Below, one piece after another: positions 1 to 9,499 of a DNA stretch of 24,583 nucleotides. The stretch lies in NCBI GenBank assembly GCA_030587475.2, contig JAUQYZ020000119.1, forward strand, positions 1 to 24,583, read 5' to 3'. The position numbers were made by a program, and so were the translations under genes. The stretch comes from Candidatus Sigynarchaeum calidifontis. Its GTDB lineage: Archaea > Asgardarchaeota > Lokiarchaeia > Sigyniarchaeales > Sigyniarchaeaceae. Every line of letters starts with the position of its first letter. Positions within the stretch are counted from its first letter, which is position 1. The notes under the pieces were generated by a model. It was not told the origin of the DNA and searched no databases. It saw only the letters and a program-made list of their open reading frames with translations.

Positions 1-1
1 C

Positions 2-481
2 TACGCGCGCCCCGACGCGACCGACGCGGACATCGCAGAGGCGCTTCGCAGCGCACAGCTGTGGGAGCTCGTGTCCTCGCTCCCCGACGGGCTCGACACG
101 GTGGTCGGCGAGCGCGGCTACCGCATGTCGGGCGGCGAGAAGCAGCGCCTCGCGATCGCGCGCGTGCTGCTCAAGGATCCGGCGGTGCTCGTGCTCGACG
201 AGGCCACGAGCGCCCTCGACTCGTACTCGGAGATGTTACTCCAAAAGGCTATCGAGGAGATCACCAAGGATCGAACGTCCATCATAATTGCCCACCGTCT
301 TTCCACGATTCGCAATGCTGACAAGATTCTGGTCCTAGATAAAGGCGAGGCCGTCGAATACGGCACGCATAATGAGCTGCTTGCCAAAAATGGATTGTAT
401 GCCAAGTTATACAAGCTCCAATTCAAGGATCTTGAGCTTACGAGGGAAGCCGAGGCTGCCAGCTCCGCGGGAACACAGTGA
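2..481 (+). CDS. ABC transporter ATP-binding domain, C-terminal part (ABCB/MsbA-like exporter), truncated at window start
   Basis: Frame is open from base 2 ([15 protein letters not shown]...). Signature [13 protein letters not shown], Walker [12 protein letters not shown] and H-loop [10 protein letters not shown] are present. Confidence 0.93.
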   Translation, partial: YARPDATDADIAEALRSAQLWELVSSLPDGLDTVVGERGYRMSGGEKQRLAIARVLLKDPAVLVLDEATSALDSYSEMLLQKAIEEITKDRTSIIIAHRLSTIRNADKILVLDKGEAVEYGTHNELLAKNGLYAKLYKLQFKDLELTREAEAASSAGTQ

Positions 482-515
482 TACCTTTATCAACCTTCTT
501 TTCAAGTTCCATCAC

Positions 516-1475
516 ATGGCCGGGCTCGAATGGCTGGCGATTACCATCCAGATCGCCTCAGTCACCGCGTTGAATATCGGCACTATTTTCCAAAAAAGAG
601 GTGCCGATCAAGTTCCGAGCGTGCACGGCACGACCGTATTGAACAGCATTAAGAATTTTTTGAAGAACAAGACGTGGATGCTCGGGTACTTCTTCATCGT
701 GCTCGGCAGCATTGGAAGCTTCGTGGCACTTGGATTCGCTCCCTTTAGCATTCTACAACCATTCATGGCCGTCGGGATAATTGTTCAAGGCATTGCATGT
801 CGCTGGTACTTGAAGGAAACCATCAGCAAGCAGCAGATCGCTTCAATGACGATCATGGTCCTCGGTGTCACGTTCGTGGGGATCTCAACGACATCGAGGG
901 ATTTGACCTGGCCTGCATCGATCGCCATGATCTTGCGCCCTGTCCCGTTCACGCTCGTGATCGTCCTCAATGCCATTGGGATAGCCGCCTATGCCTACAC
1001 GAAATTCCGGAATTACAAGAACGCGGATATCTGGATTTGTATCTTCACCGGCATCAACTCCGTGTTCTCTTACCTGTTTGCAAAGGTCGTCATGTCGGCC
1101 GTGGTCACCTATGCCGAGGCCGGGCACGTCTTAAGCGTGTTCGGCGATTGGGTAGCGTGGCTCATCCTCGTGATCGCCTTCGTCGTCTCCACTGCGGCTT
1201 TCTTGTCCAAGAACGTTTCCTACCAGCACGGGCGCGCGGTGCTCATCAACAACATCTTCAACGCATTCAACATCGCGTTGCCCGTTCTCGTTGGCATCGT
1301 CGTCCTAGATGAATGGGCCGGTGTTCCGCTGATTAACATTGCCTTGCAATCCATCGGCGTCGTGATTATCATGTTTGGCGTTGTCTGGCTCATGTCCGTC
1401 GAGCTCAAGTTGAAAACCGGCGCCGGTGCATGCCAAGCGAGAACCGTTCAACCGGATCCCATGACCGATAAGTAG
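516..1475 (+). CDS. DMT-superfamily transporter, NIPA (Mg2+ transporter)-like
   Basis: About 9 hydrophobic segments. QKRG after TM1 and FLKNKTWMLG...GSFVALGFAPFSILQPF...YLKE match the NIPA pattern (W..G...NFxAYxFAPxxLVxPL...LxE). ATG 516 chosen because the 372 start overlaps the ABC gene. Confidence 0.75.
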   Translation: MAGLEWLAITIQIASVTALNIGTIFQKRGADQVPSVHGTTVLNSIKNFLKNKTWMLGYFFIVLGSIGSFVALGFAPFSILQPFMAVGIIVQGIACRWYLKETISKQQIASMTIMVLGVTFVGISTTSRDLTWPASIAMILRPVPFTLVIVLNAIGIAAYAYTKFRNYKNADIWICIFTGINSVFSYLFAKVVMSAVVTYAEAGHVLSVFGDWVAWLILVIAFVVSTAAFLSKNVSYQHGRAVLINNIFNAFNIALPVLVGIVVLDEWAGVPLINIALQSIGVVIIMFGVVWLMSVELKLKTGAGACQARTVQPDPMTDK

Positions 1476-1531
1476 GCCGGGACATTCAAGCACCTGGTTA
1501 TGTACGTGTTGGAGCGATCCCGTGAGCGAAC

Positions 1532-2482
1532 ATGGTTGACCTGACCAATCTCAACGTGCAATTCGCCATATCGCTCGCGATCATTGTCGTCGGGTATCTC
1601 CTGAAGCGAACCGGGATCGTGGACAAGGATGGTGGCGGGAAGGCCCTTGCGAGGATCATCTTCAACGTGACCCTTCCCTCCGTCATTCTCCGCACCTTGA
1701 CACGGATTCAAATGGATGTCGCCATGATCACCATGCCGTTCCTCGCGTTCTTGATCACGGGGATCGTTCTTGGCGTGGCATTTGTCATTCATAAGGAGGA
1801 GCGATCGAGGAAACTGCGAGGCCAGTATATCATGATGAGCCTCGGGTATAACGTGGGCAATTTCGCATTTCCGCTCGTCCAGGGCATTTTCGGCGACGAA
1901 GGACTCAAATACGCTGCCATGTACGACGTCGGGAACGCGATGGTGATTTTCTGCTTGTGCTACATCATCGCGGTGACGTATTCCGCGAAGGAGGGGGAAC
2001 CATTTAAAGCTCGATTCATTGCCAAAAAGGTGCTCACCTCCCCGCCCCTTCTCTCCTATATCATCGGGCTCATCTTGAACTTGGTATCATTCAAGTTTCC
2101 CGACTTTCTTTCCAATATCGATGACATGGGATTGATCGACGTGATTGCCCGGGCCAATACCTTCATTACCTTTCTGGTACTCGGCATATACCTCGATTTC
2201 AATCTTGAAAAGAAGTATTGGAAGGATCTCTCGAAAATCCTCTTGACCCGCTATGGCATTGGCATCCTTCTCGGCGTCATATTCCTCTTGTTCTGGCCCG
2301 TGAGCTTGATGGCTCGTATCATCCTGCTCATTTGTTATATCTTGCCCGTTGGCATGGGATTGCTCGTGTTCGTGGTGCAGTTTGGCTATGACGAGCGGTT
2401 CGCGGGAATGCTGTCAAATATCATGAATGTCTGTTCGTTTGCGATGCTTTGGCTAGTCTTGCTTGCATTCTGGGGGCGTTGA
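1532..2482 (+). CDS. AEC (auxin efflux carrier / Mem_trans) family transporter
   Basis: IIVVGYLLKR, IIFNVTLPSVI, YNVGNFAFPLVQGIFGDEGL and SPPLLSYIIGL are typical AEC motifs; about 10 TMs. Confidence 0.88.
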   Translation: MVDLTNLNVQFAISLAIIVVGYLLKRTGIVDKDGGGKALARIIFNVTLPSVILRTLTRIQMDVAMITMPFLAFLITGIVLGVAFVIHKEERSRKLRGQYIMMSLGYNVGNFAFPLVQGIFGDEGLKYAAMYDVGNAMVIFCLCYIIAVTYSAKEGEPFKARFIAKKVLTSPPLLSYIIGLILNLVSFKFPDFLSNIDDMGLIDVIARANTFITFLVLGIYLDFNLEKKYWKDLSKILLTRYGIGILLGVIFLLFWPVSLMARIILLICYILPVGMGLLVFVVQFGYDERFAGMLSNIMNVCSFAMLWLVLLAFWGR

Positions 2483-2734
2483 TCATTGGATGCTACCTTT
2501 TGATGGTAGCAACTCACCTTAGAGCACAGAAAAAGCCAAATAAGAGGCTTTAGAAGGTAAGAAAGGATCAATTATATCGCCCCTAAAATATATGAAAAGA
2601 AAAGACATTTTCTACATATGAGCCCTGGATTCTCTTGTTTTCGGAGACAGAAGCAATTCATCGTTCCCTTCGGTTTCATAGCTACTGCATTGACAAGACA
2701 AGCAGCCCGCGTGAGAACTACCATCGTTTCCTTT

Positions 2735-3928
2735 ATGGAATTTGCACGGAAATACTGGTACGCTTTGCTCGTGAATTTCTTGATTTGCTTGATAACCACG
2801 ATCGCGACCACGGAGATTTCTTTGAAGCATCAATTCCCTTATCTCATCGATTATCCCATTTTTTATTACGTGTCGCGCATGTTCTTTAATCCATCCGAGA
2901 TCCTGTTGATTTACGACACGGCCTACATCAACGCCACGTATCACACGATGCAGTTCCGATATTTACCCTCGTTTTTGCTCGCTTGGTTCCCTTTCACGAT
3001 TCCTGATCTCATCACCTCCTATTATATCTTCAATTTTACTTGTTTTGTGCTTAACGTGGTTATAATGCAACTCGTCGTTCACATCATAGAAGTGCATCTA
3101 CATCGTCCCACCACCAAGGCTTCGAAATTGCTTCTCTTTATCTTTTCCAGCGCGCTCTTCCAGGTCGGTACTTTTCTAACAGGCCAACCGGTCATCATCG
3201 TGGCTGTTCTTGCCTTGCTGAGCTTAAAGAAGTTTCTCGAGAAGAGGGATGTAGCAGGCTCATTATTGCTCGCAATGTCGATCATTATAAAACCCGTTCT
3301 ATATTTCACGGTTTTATTCGTCTTGATGAGCCGAAAATCATCTAGATCGAAATTATTATATATGGGATCGATAGCACTTCCCTTTCTCATGGATGCGATG
3401 CTATTCTTAAATTTTCCGGACTTGCTTCGCGGTTTCCTAAATAACAATTTTTCCGGGGGGATAGAACGCGGCTTTTTCTCCACATCGGTTGCGAACTTGT
3501 TTTATTCGATATTTATGGCAGATCCTTTCCTTTCCTTCATCATCACGACTGCCGTTATGGCTTTCCTGGGCTGTGCAGTGACGGTCAAGATCCAAGATAA
3601 TACCAAGCAGATGGTATTTTGCTTTCTCTTCGGCATTATCGGATTTATGGTCGCGCAAATACAGATGTGGCCCATAACCCTACTTATTTTCTTTCCTTTT
3701 ATGCAGCTCGGGATGGTGGCTTGCGATTTCAAGCACATCTACAGGCAAACCGGCTTTTTGCACGTGTACAGCATAATCATTAATTTATGCATCGACAATT
3801 GGATATTGAACGACATCGCGGTTTGGGCGCCATACGTGATGGTCGCGAACGTGATCATCTTGTGCGTGTTGGTCGTCCAGGTAATCGACATGTTTCTTTC
3901 AACACGATGTCTTGTTTCTCAACGATAG
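2735..3928 (+). CDS. GT-C fold glycosyltransferase, family 87 (DUF2029)-like
   Basis: Polytopic membrane protein with FRYLPSFLLAWFPF, GQ...LL and AGSLLLAMSIIIKP motifs. Start taken at MEFARKY (2735); the ORF track extends to 2618. Confidence 0.75.
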   Translation: MEFARKYWYALLVNFLICLITTIATTEISLKHQFPYLIDYPIFYYVSRMFFNPSEILLIYDTAYINATYHTMQFRYLPSFLLAWFPFTIPDLITSYYIFNFTCFVLNVVIMQLVVHIIEVHLHRPTTKASKLLLFIFSSALFQVGTFLTGQPVIIVAVLALLSLKKFLEKRDVAGSLLLAMSIIIKPVLYFTVLFVLMSRKSSRSKLLYMGSIALPFLMDAMLFLNFPDLLRGFLNNNFSGGIERGFFSTSVANLFYSIFMADPFLSFIITTAVMAFLGCAVTVKIQDNTKQMVFCFLFGIIGFMVAQIQMWPITLLIFFPFMQLGMVACDFKHIYRQTGFLHVYSIIINLCIDNWILNDIAVWAPYVMVANVIILCVLVVQVIDMFLSTRCLVSQR

Positions 3929-4009
3929 ATAGGCTGCCTTGGTGTGATAGAGTTGGCAGCGTGCATGAACCAAAGTTTTTTCCGATAGAAAGCCTCGATT
4001 CATCCAAAG

Positions 4010-4999
4010 ATGTCGATTGTCATCAATGTACCCGCCAGGGCGGGGGTTTTAGGCAATCCCTCCGACGGTTTCTTCGGAAAGACACTTTCAATTCCCGTGC
4101 GAAATTTTCGAGCTCAAGTCGTGCTCTTCGAATGGGAAAAGATCGAGATCTTGCCGGGCCAGAGCGACACGGGGAATTACAACTCCATCGACGAGCTGCT
4201 CGCCGATATCCGCCTCAATGGCTTCTACGGGGGCATGCGCCTCATCAAGGCCACGATCAAGCAGTTCTTCGATTACGTGAAAGCCAATGGACTCAAGGTT
4301 CCCTCGAAAAATTTCACGCTTCGTTACACGTCGAATATTCCTCGCCAGGTTGGCCTCGCAGGCAGCTCGGCCATCATCACGGCAGCTATGAAGGCATTGT
4401 GCCAATTCTACGGGGTGGCGATGGACAAGGCGATCATGGCCAACCATGTCTTGTGGGCCGAGACCAAGGAGCTAGGCATTGCAGCCGGCTTGCAAGACCG
4501 CGTTGTTCAAGTTTTCGACGAGCCCGTGTTCATGGATTTTGACCGGGAATACATGGAAAGATATGGTTATGGAAAATACGAGCCGGTTCCGAAGGAATTG
4601 GTTCCCCAATTATACCTGGCCTACCAAGTCGACTTGACACACAAGGATGTCGTTCATAACGACGTGCGGAAGCGATGGGAATCCGGTGACAAAGACGTGA
4701 TAAATATTATGGCACAGCTGGCTAACAACGCGGTGGAAGGCTACGCAGCACTGAAGGCCAAGCAAATTGACGTGTTCAAGGCGTGCATCAATAAAAACTT
4801 CGACCTCCGCGCGAGCATCTACCCCATCGCCGAGAAGAACATGCGAATGATCAAGCTCGCGAGGGATATTGGCGCAACGTCCAAGTTTCCAGGCTCGGGC
4901 GGTGCCATCATCGGCACCTACGAGTCCGAGGCCCAGTTCAAGGAATTATTCCACGCTTTCGCTGAAATCGGTTGTAATGTCATAAAGATCGAGATATAA
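4010..4999 (+). CDS. GHMP kinase, glucuronokinase (plant GlcAK)-like
   Basis: ARAGVLGNPSD, GFYGGMRL, NFTLRYTSNIPRQVGLAGSSAII (GHMP motif 2), ELGIAAGLQDRVVQV, VHNDVRKRW, NFDLR and SKFPGSGGA are colinear with plant glucuronokinase motifs as I recall them. Confidence 0.85.
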   Translation: MSIVINVPARAGVLGNPSDGFFGKTLSIPVRNFRAQVVLFEWEKIEILPGQSDTGNYNSIDELLADIRLNGFYGGMRLIKATIKQFFDYVKANGLKVPSKNFTLRYTSNIPRQVGLAGSSAIITAAMKALCQFYGVAMDKAIMANHVLWAETKELGIAAGLQDRVVQVFDEPVFMDFDREYMERYGYGKYEPVPKELVPQLYLAYQVDLTHKDVVHNDVRKRWESGDKDVINIMAQLANNAVEGYAALKAKQIDVFKACINKNFDLRASIYPIAEKNMRMIKLARDIGATSKFPGSGGAIIGTYESEAQFKELFHAFAEIGCNVIKIEI

Positions 5000-5017
5000 A
5001 CTACGGAGAGATTTGTA

Positions 5018-6520
5018 ATGGATCAACAAAATCGCCACACGCGCGTGGTCATCCACGCGGACGAGCAGATCGCGCATATCAACCCGAACATCTACGGACA
5101 CTTTGCTGAACACCTCGGCAGTTTGATTTACGATGGTTTGTGGGTCGGCCCCGAATCGAAGATCCCGAACGATAAGGGCATCCGGCTCGACGTCGTGAAC
5201 GCCCTCAAGAAGATCAAGGTCCCGGTTGTGCGATGGCCCGGCGGTTGCTTCGCGGACGATTACCACTGGCAAGACGGGATCGGCCCGCGAGAAAAACGAC
5301 CCACGCGCATGAACCTCTGGTGGGGCGGGATCGAGACCAACGCGTTCGGCACCCACGAGTTCTTCCAGCTGTGCGAGATGCTCGGGGCCGAGCCGTACAT
5401 ATGCGGCAACGTGGGCACCGGCACCCCGCGAGAGATGCGCGAATGGCTCGAGTACATGAACGTGGAGCTCGACACGACGATAACACGAGAGCGGGCGAAG
5501 AACGGCGCGCCGGAGCCGCTAGGCGTCAGGTACTTCGGCATCGGGAACGAGAGCTGGGGTTGCGGCGGGAACATGACACCACAGTACTACGCGAACGAGT
5601 ATGCACGGTTCGCAACATTTGCGGACCGCATGTTCCTCGTGAAGATCGCATCTGGGGCAAACGCCGACGATTATGACTGGACCCGGAAGTTTTTCGAGAC
5701 GATTTCCGGGCGGGCATGCGGCTGCCGGCAGTCACGGACGGCACTCGTCAACGGCTTTGCTTTCCACTACTATTGTGGCACGTCGGGCACGGCAACCGAT
5801 TACACGGTGCTTGATTGGTACAAGCTCATAGGAAAGGCGCTGAAGATCGAGGAGATTATGAAGCGCCACAGGATGGTGATGGATGATTTCGATCCCCGGC
5901 GGCAAATCATGTTAATATGCGACGAGTGGGGCACCTGGCACCCGCAGATGTACAACGTGAGTGATCCCTCGAAGCGACTCATGCAGCAAAATACCATTCG
6001 TGATGCGGTGGTCGCTGCACTCACGCTCGACATCTTTAACCGCAACGCCGACATCATCGCCATGAGCAACATCGCCCAGATGGTAAACGTCTTGCAAGCC
6101 ATGATCTTGACGGATGGCCCGCGCATGCTTTGCACCCCCACGTACCACGTCTACGAGATGTACAAGGAGCACCAGGGCGGCGTGTCATTGCCAATCCGCA
6201 TCGACACGGGACGCATCGCGTTCGATCGCGAGTTCCCGGACATCAAGAGCGTGGCGGGGTCTGCTTCACGAAAAGGTAAAGAAGTGACGGTCAGCCTCGT
6301 GAACGTGGACGCGAAGGAACATTCAAGCGTCGGCATCGAGCTCCGCGGCACCCGCAGCGCGAGGCTCAAGCGATGGCGTGTGCTCGCCGGGAATGACATC
6401 CATGCTATGAACACGTTCGATGCTCCCGACGCCGTGCAGCCCCGCGACAATGATGTCCCTGCTGGGGTGCTCGAGCTCGACCCGGCATCCGTGAACGTGC
6501 TCACCTTCGAGATCGAATAG
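5018..6520 (+). CDS. abfA: Alpha-L-arabinofuranosidase, GH51, cytoplasmic
   Basis: IYGHFAEHLG, RWPGGCFADDYHW, GNESWGCGGNM (acid/base Glu), DEWGTW (nucleophile) and NIAQMVNVLQ; no signal peptide. Confidence 0.93.
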   Translation: MDQQNRHTRVVIHADEQIAHINPNIYGHFAEHLGSLIYDGLWVGPESKIPNDKGIRLDVVNALKKIKVPVVRWPGGCFADDYHWQDGIGPREKRPTRMNLWWGGIETNAFGTHEFFQLCEMLGAEPYICGNVGTGTPREMREWLEYMNVELDTTITRERAKNGAPEPLGVRYFGIGNESWGCGGNMTPQYYANEYARFATFADRMFLVKIASGANADDYDWTRKFFETISGRACGCRQSRTALVNGFAFHYYCGTSGTATDYTVLDWYKLIGKALKIEEIMKRHRMVMDDFDPRRQIMLICDEWGTWHPQMYNVSDPSKRLMQQNTIRDAVVAALTLDIFNRNADIIAMSNIAQMVNVLQAMILTDGPRMLCTPTYHVYEMYKEHQGGVSLPIRIDTGRIAFDREFPDIKSVAGSASRKGKEVTVSLVNVDAKEHSSVGIELRGTRSARLKRWRVLAGNDIHAMNTFDAPDAVQPRDNDVPAGVLELDPASVNVLTFEIE

Positions 6521-6543
6521 CGTTAGAAAAGGAGATAGGGAAA

Positions 6544-7950
6544 TCAAGGAGCATTGTCCGCGATGCTTCTCAATTTTTCCTGGATTTCCTTCACTTCTTT
6601 TTTACCGAGCTTGAAGACCTTGAGCAACACCATCCCTATGGCCAAAGCGATCGCGGGGAACACGGACATCAGCAACCGGACGCCAAATACTTGACTCGGG
6701 TCAATCGGGATATTCGCGGCGTCTTCCCAGCCGTTGAACGTGAACACGATGTTTATCGAGAGGATCACGAGGATAGCCGCGAGCCGGATGAAGATGGCAT
6801 GGATGCCGAAATACGACGCCTCGCGCCTGCAACCGGTCTTGATCGTGTCCATGTCCGCGATGTTGCTTATGTTGCGATCGATGAAATAAGTTGGCCCACC
6901 CAACCCGAATCCCACGAATATCATCGCGATAGCGGCGATAGCATAATCCGTGATAAATAGAAGCACGAGAAGGGAGATGGCCCACCACAGCATCGAGTAA
7001 AACATTCCATCCCTGCTCCCTACACGCGCATCGATCTTTGACCAGATAAACGCACCCGGGATCGTCATTAAGAATGCAATGAGGAGCAACAGCGTCGTCA
7101 TGAACGAATCGGGTTCGCCAAGAACTCGGGCACCGTATAGCGGCATGAGCATTGGCAGCAAAGTGAAGCAATACCACGAGGTCGTTGAAGCGCCAACAAG
7201 AAGCAAGAACTGCTTGTTGAAAAAGGAAAGCTTCAACGAGCTTAATAGCCCGGGCAGTCTTGCATCCTGTTTTGTCTCATAGAACGGCTCCGTCACGCCG
7301 AATTTCAAGTGGACGATCATCGTTACCGCAATGATGATGCCAAACACTATCCCGGTCAATTGATACTGCGATATCGTTACTGAAGCATCGCCTGTATACT
7401 TTCCAATGAACACCGATGGAAGGGCGAACGCGATGATGAGCCCGATCACCATGAACACCCGGCGCGCGACGCCGACGGCCTCCCTTGCCCGGTCGCTCGA
7501 GAACATCTCCGGGTAGAGTGACGTGTGGTTGAGCGAGTAGGCCGTGTAGAACGTGTCGAAGAGCACCATGATCGCCAGCATGTACATGGCCAAGATAATA
7601 TCATCGTCCACCGGGGGCGGCGTGAACAAGAAAAACATCACGAGGGACAACGGCACGATCATGGCTATCATCCACGGGCGACGGCGACCACCTCCAAGTT
7701 TCGAGGTTCGCGTCCTGTCCGACAGCGTGCCGAGCACGGGATCGTTGAACGCGTTGTATATCGACCAAATGATGTATACGATCGTGACGAGATTGACGTC
7801 TACCTCGAGGACAACGTAATAAAACGTGAAGATCAAGAAGGAGAAGCCCTGGTACGCGACCATGTCCGGTATCTCGCCGAGCGCAAAGGCATTTTTCAAC
7901 AATCCTGGCACGGGTGATTCCGTTGGATGTCGTTCTTTTTTTTCTGCCAT
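6544..7950 (-). CDS. MFS transporter, GPH (glycoside-pentoside-hexuronide):cation symporter family
   Basis: IYNAFNDPVLGTLSDRTRT...GRRRPW, SLYPEM, and ADMD...TGCRREASYFG; about 12 TMs. Start at MAEKKER (7950); the longer ORF overlaps the thiolase. Confidence 0.9.
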   Translation of the reverse strand: MAEKKERHPTESPVPGLLKNAFALGEIPDMVAYQGFSFLIFTFYYVVLEVDVNLVTIVYIIWSIYNAFNDPVLGTLSDRTRTSKLGGGRRRPWMIAMIVPLSLVMFFLFTPPPVDDDIILAMYMLAIMVLFDTFYTAYSLNHTSLYPEMFSSDRAREAVGVARRVFMVIGLIIAFALPSVFIGKYTGDASVTISQYQLTGIVFGIIIAVTMIVHLKFGVTEPFYETKQDARLPGLLSSLKLSFFNKQFLLLVGASTTSWYCFTLLPMLMPLYGARVLGEPDSFMTTLLLLIAFLMTIPGAFIWSKIDARVGSRDGMFYSMLWWAISLLVLLFITDYAIAAIAMIFVGFGLGGPTYFIDRNISNIADMDTIKTGCRREASYFGIHAIFIRLAAILVILSINIVFTFNGWEDAANIPIDPSQVFGVRLLMSVFPAIALAIGMVLLKVFKLGKKEVKEIQEKLRSIADNAP

Positions 7951-8028
7951 GATGTTACTTTCGGGTGAACGTGCAATTAAGGTTATGGCGGGTGACACAG
8001 AACCTTCGTTGCACGTGCAGGGCTCGGT

Positions 8029-8072
8029 GAAAAAAAAAACAAGCTGCGGGCCCTTTAAAATGGAAAGAAAGA
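8029..8072 (-). terminator. Probable oligo-T terminator of the thiolase gene
   Basis: On the minus strand, TTTCTTTCCATTTT and a long T run directly follow the thiolase stop. Confidence 0.4.
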
Positions 8073-8080
8073 GATTCGGA

Positions 8081-9316
8081 TCACAGCAACTCGTATTCCG
8101 TGGCGATCGAGACCCCGCCACCACCGCATAGCGTTGCCAGGCCTCGCTTGACACCGCGCTTCCGCATCTCGTGTATGAGCGTGACGACGATACGTGTGCC
8201 CGTGGCACCAACCGGGTGACCAAGTCCAATGCCGGAGCCGTTGACGTTCGTGATTTCGCGCTTGAAACCGATCAAGCGCTCGCACGCGATGTATTGCGTC
8301 GCGAAGGCCTCGTTTATCTCGATAAGCCCGTAGTCGTCGAGAGTGTGTCCCGTGCGTTTGAACAAGTCATCGACCGCTGGCTTCGGGCTCTCGCCCATGT
8401 ACTCGGGCGCGCATGCTCCCATCCCTACCCCCGTGATCTTGGCAAGTGGTTTCAAGCCGAGTTCCTTGGCCTTGTCCGCGCTCATGATGATCATCGCCGC
8501 GGCTCCATCGTTAATACCCGAGGAATTTCCCGCCGTGACCGTGCCTGTTCCATCAAATAAAAATGCGGGTGGTAGCTTCGCGAGCGCCTCCATCGTGAGG
8601 CCAGGACGGAAGTGCTCGTCCTTGTCGAATACTTTTGGATCCCCTTTTTTCTGCGGGATCGTGACCGGGACAATCTCGTCCTTGAACCTGCCCTCTTTGG
8701 TGGCCCGCTCCGCGTTATTCTGGCTGCGGAGGGCGACCTCGTCTTGTTCCTGGCGGGTGATGTTGTGTTTCCGTGCTAGAAATTCCGCCGTTAACCCCAT
8801 TATGTATGGCTTGCCTCGAGCCCACTCGATGGGCCCATCCTTCGGGTACTTGACGACATGGGAACCGGCATGAAGGCCGTTGGTGAGCGCGTCGACCATG
8901 GTTTTATCGCCCAGGCGCGCCCCCCAGCGGGCATCTGGGAGGACGAACGGCACGTTGCTCATCGACTCGACGCCGCCCACGAGCACGATGTCCAAGAACC
9001 CGGCCTGGATCTGGAACATGCCACTCACGATGGCTTCCATTGCCGATATGCAAACCCGATTCAAGGTGACCGCAGGAACCGTGTTTGGAATGCCCGCGAG
9101 CAATGCAGCAACACGTGCGACGTTTAGCGCGTCCCACGGCTCGAGGCAGCACCCGAAACGAACATCGCCGAGTAATTTCGGGTCGAGATTGTTCGCGCGC
9201 TTCAAGGCCTCCTTCATGACAATTGCTCCGAGATTATATGCTTGCAAATCCTTCAGCGAGCCGCCGAACGTCCCGATGGCGGTCCTGCATGCTGAAACGA
9301 TAACGACATCCTTCAT
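8081..9316 (-). CDS. Acetyl-CoA C-acetyltransferase (thiolase)
   Basis: RTAIGTFGG, NRVCISA (catalytic Cys), GGVESMS, TAGNSSGINDGAAA, EINEAFA, GHPVGATG and LCGGGG. Start at MKDVVIV (9316). Confidence 0.95.
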   Translation of the reverse strand: MKDVVIVSACRTAIGTFGGSLKDLQAYNLGAIVMKEALKRANNLDPKLLGDVRFGCCLEPWDALNVARVAALLAGIPNTVPAVTLNRVCISAMEAIVSGMFQIQAGFLDIVLVGGVESMSNVPFVLPDARWGARLGDKTMVDALTNGLHAGSHVVKYPKDGPIEWARGKPYIMGLTAEFLARKHNITRQEQDEVALRSQNNAERATKEGRFKDEIVPVTIPQKKGDPKVFDKDEHFRPGLTMEALAKLPPAFLFDGTGTVTAGNSSGINDGAAAMIIMSADKAKELGLKPLAKITGVGMGACAPEYMGESPKPAVDDLFKRTGHTLDDYGLIEINEAFATQYIACERLIGFKREITNVNGSGIGLGHPVGATGTRIVVTLIHEMRKRGVKRGLATLCGGGGVSIATEYELL

Positions 9317-9499
9317 TGTGTTTTCATCTTTCGTCGGTGAATGATGCATTTCGATCATTGGTAGGTCTGATCTGATAAGAACTTACTTCAGCCGCGGTGA
9401 AACAAAGGTCATTTAAGGTGCTCGTGCCTCGTGATAACGATGATATAGCCTAAAAGTAAATCATATTAGTCCTCAAAAAAACAAGAATGATCATCACCG

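Noticed and set aside
372-515. N-terminal extension of the NIPA-like ORF from 372
   Set aside because: Overlaps the ABC gene; the hydrophobic protein starts at ATG 516.
2531-2552. AAAGCC...GGCTTT hairpin after the AEC gene
   Set aside because: 6-bp stem with no convincing U tract; too weak to call a terminator.
3787-4542. 251-aa alternative-frame ORF across GT87 and the kinase
   Set aside because: Arg/His-rich shadow frame over two well-supported genes.
7951-8229. 93-aa N-terminal extension of the MFS ORF
   Set aside because: Runs through the thiolase 3' end and a poly-T tract; not transporter-like.
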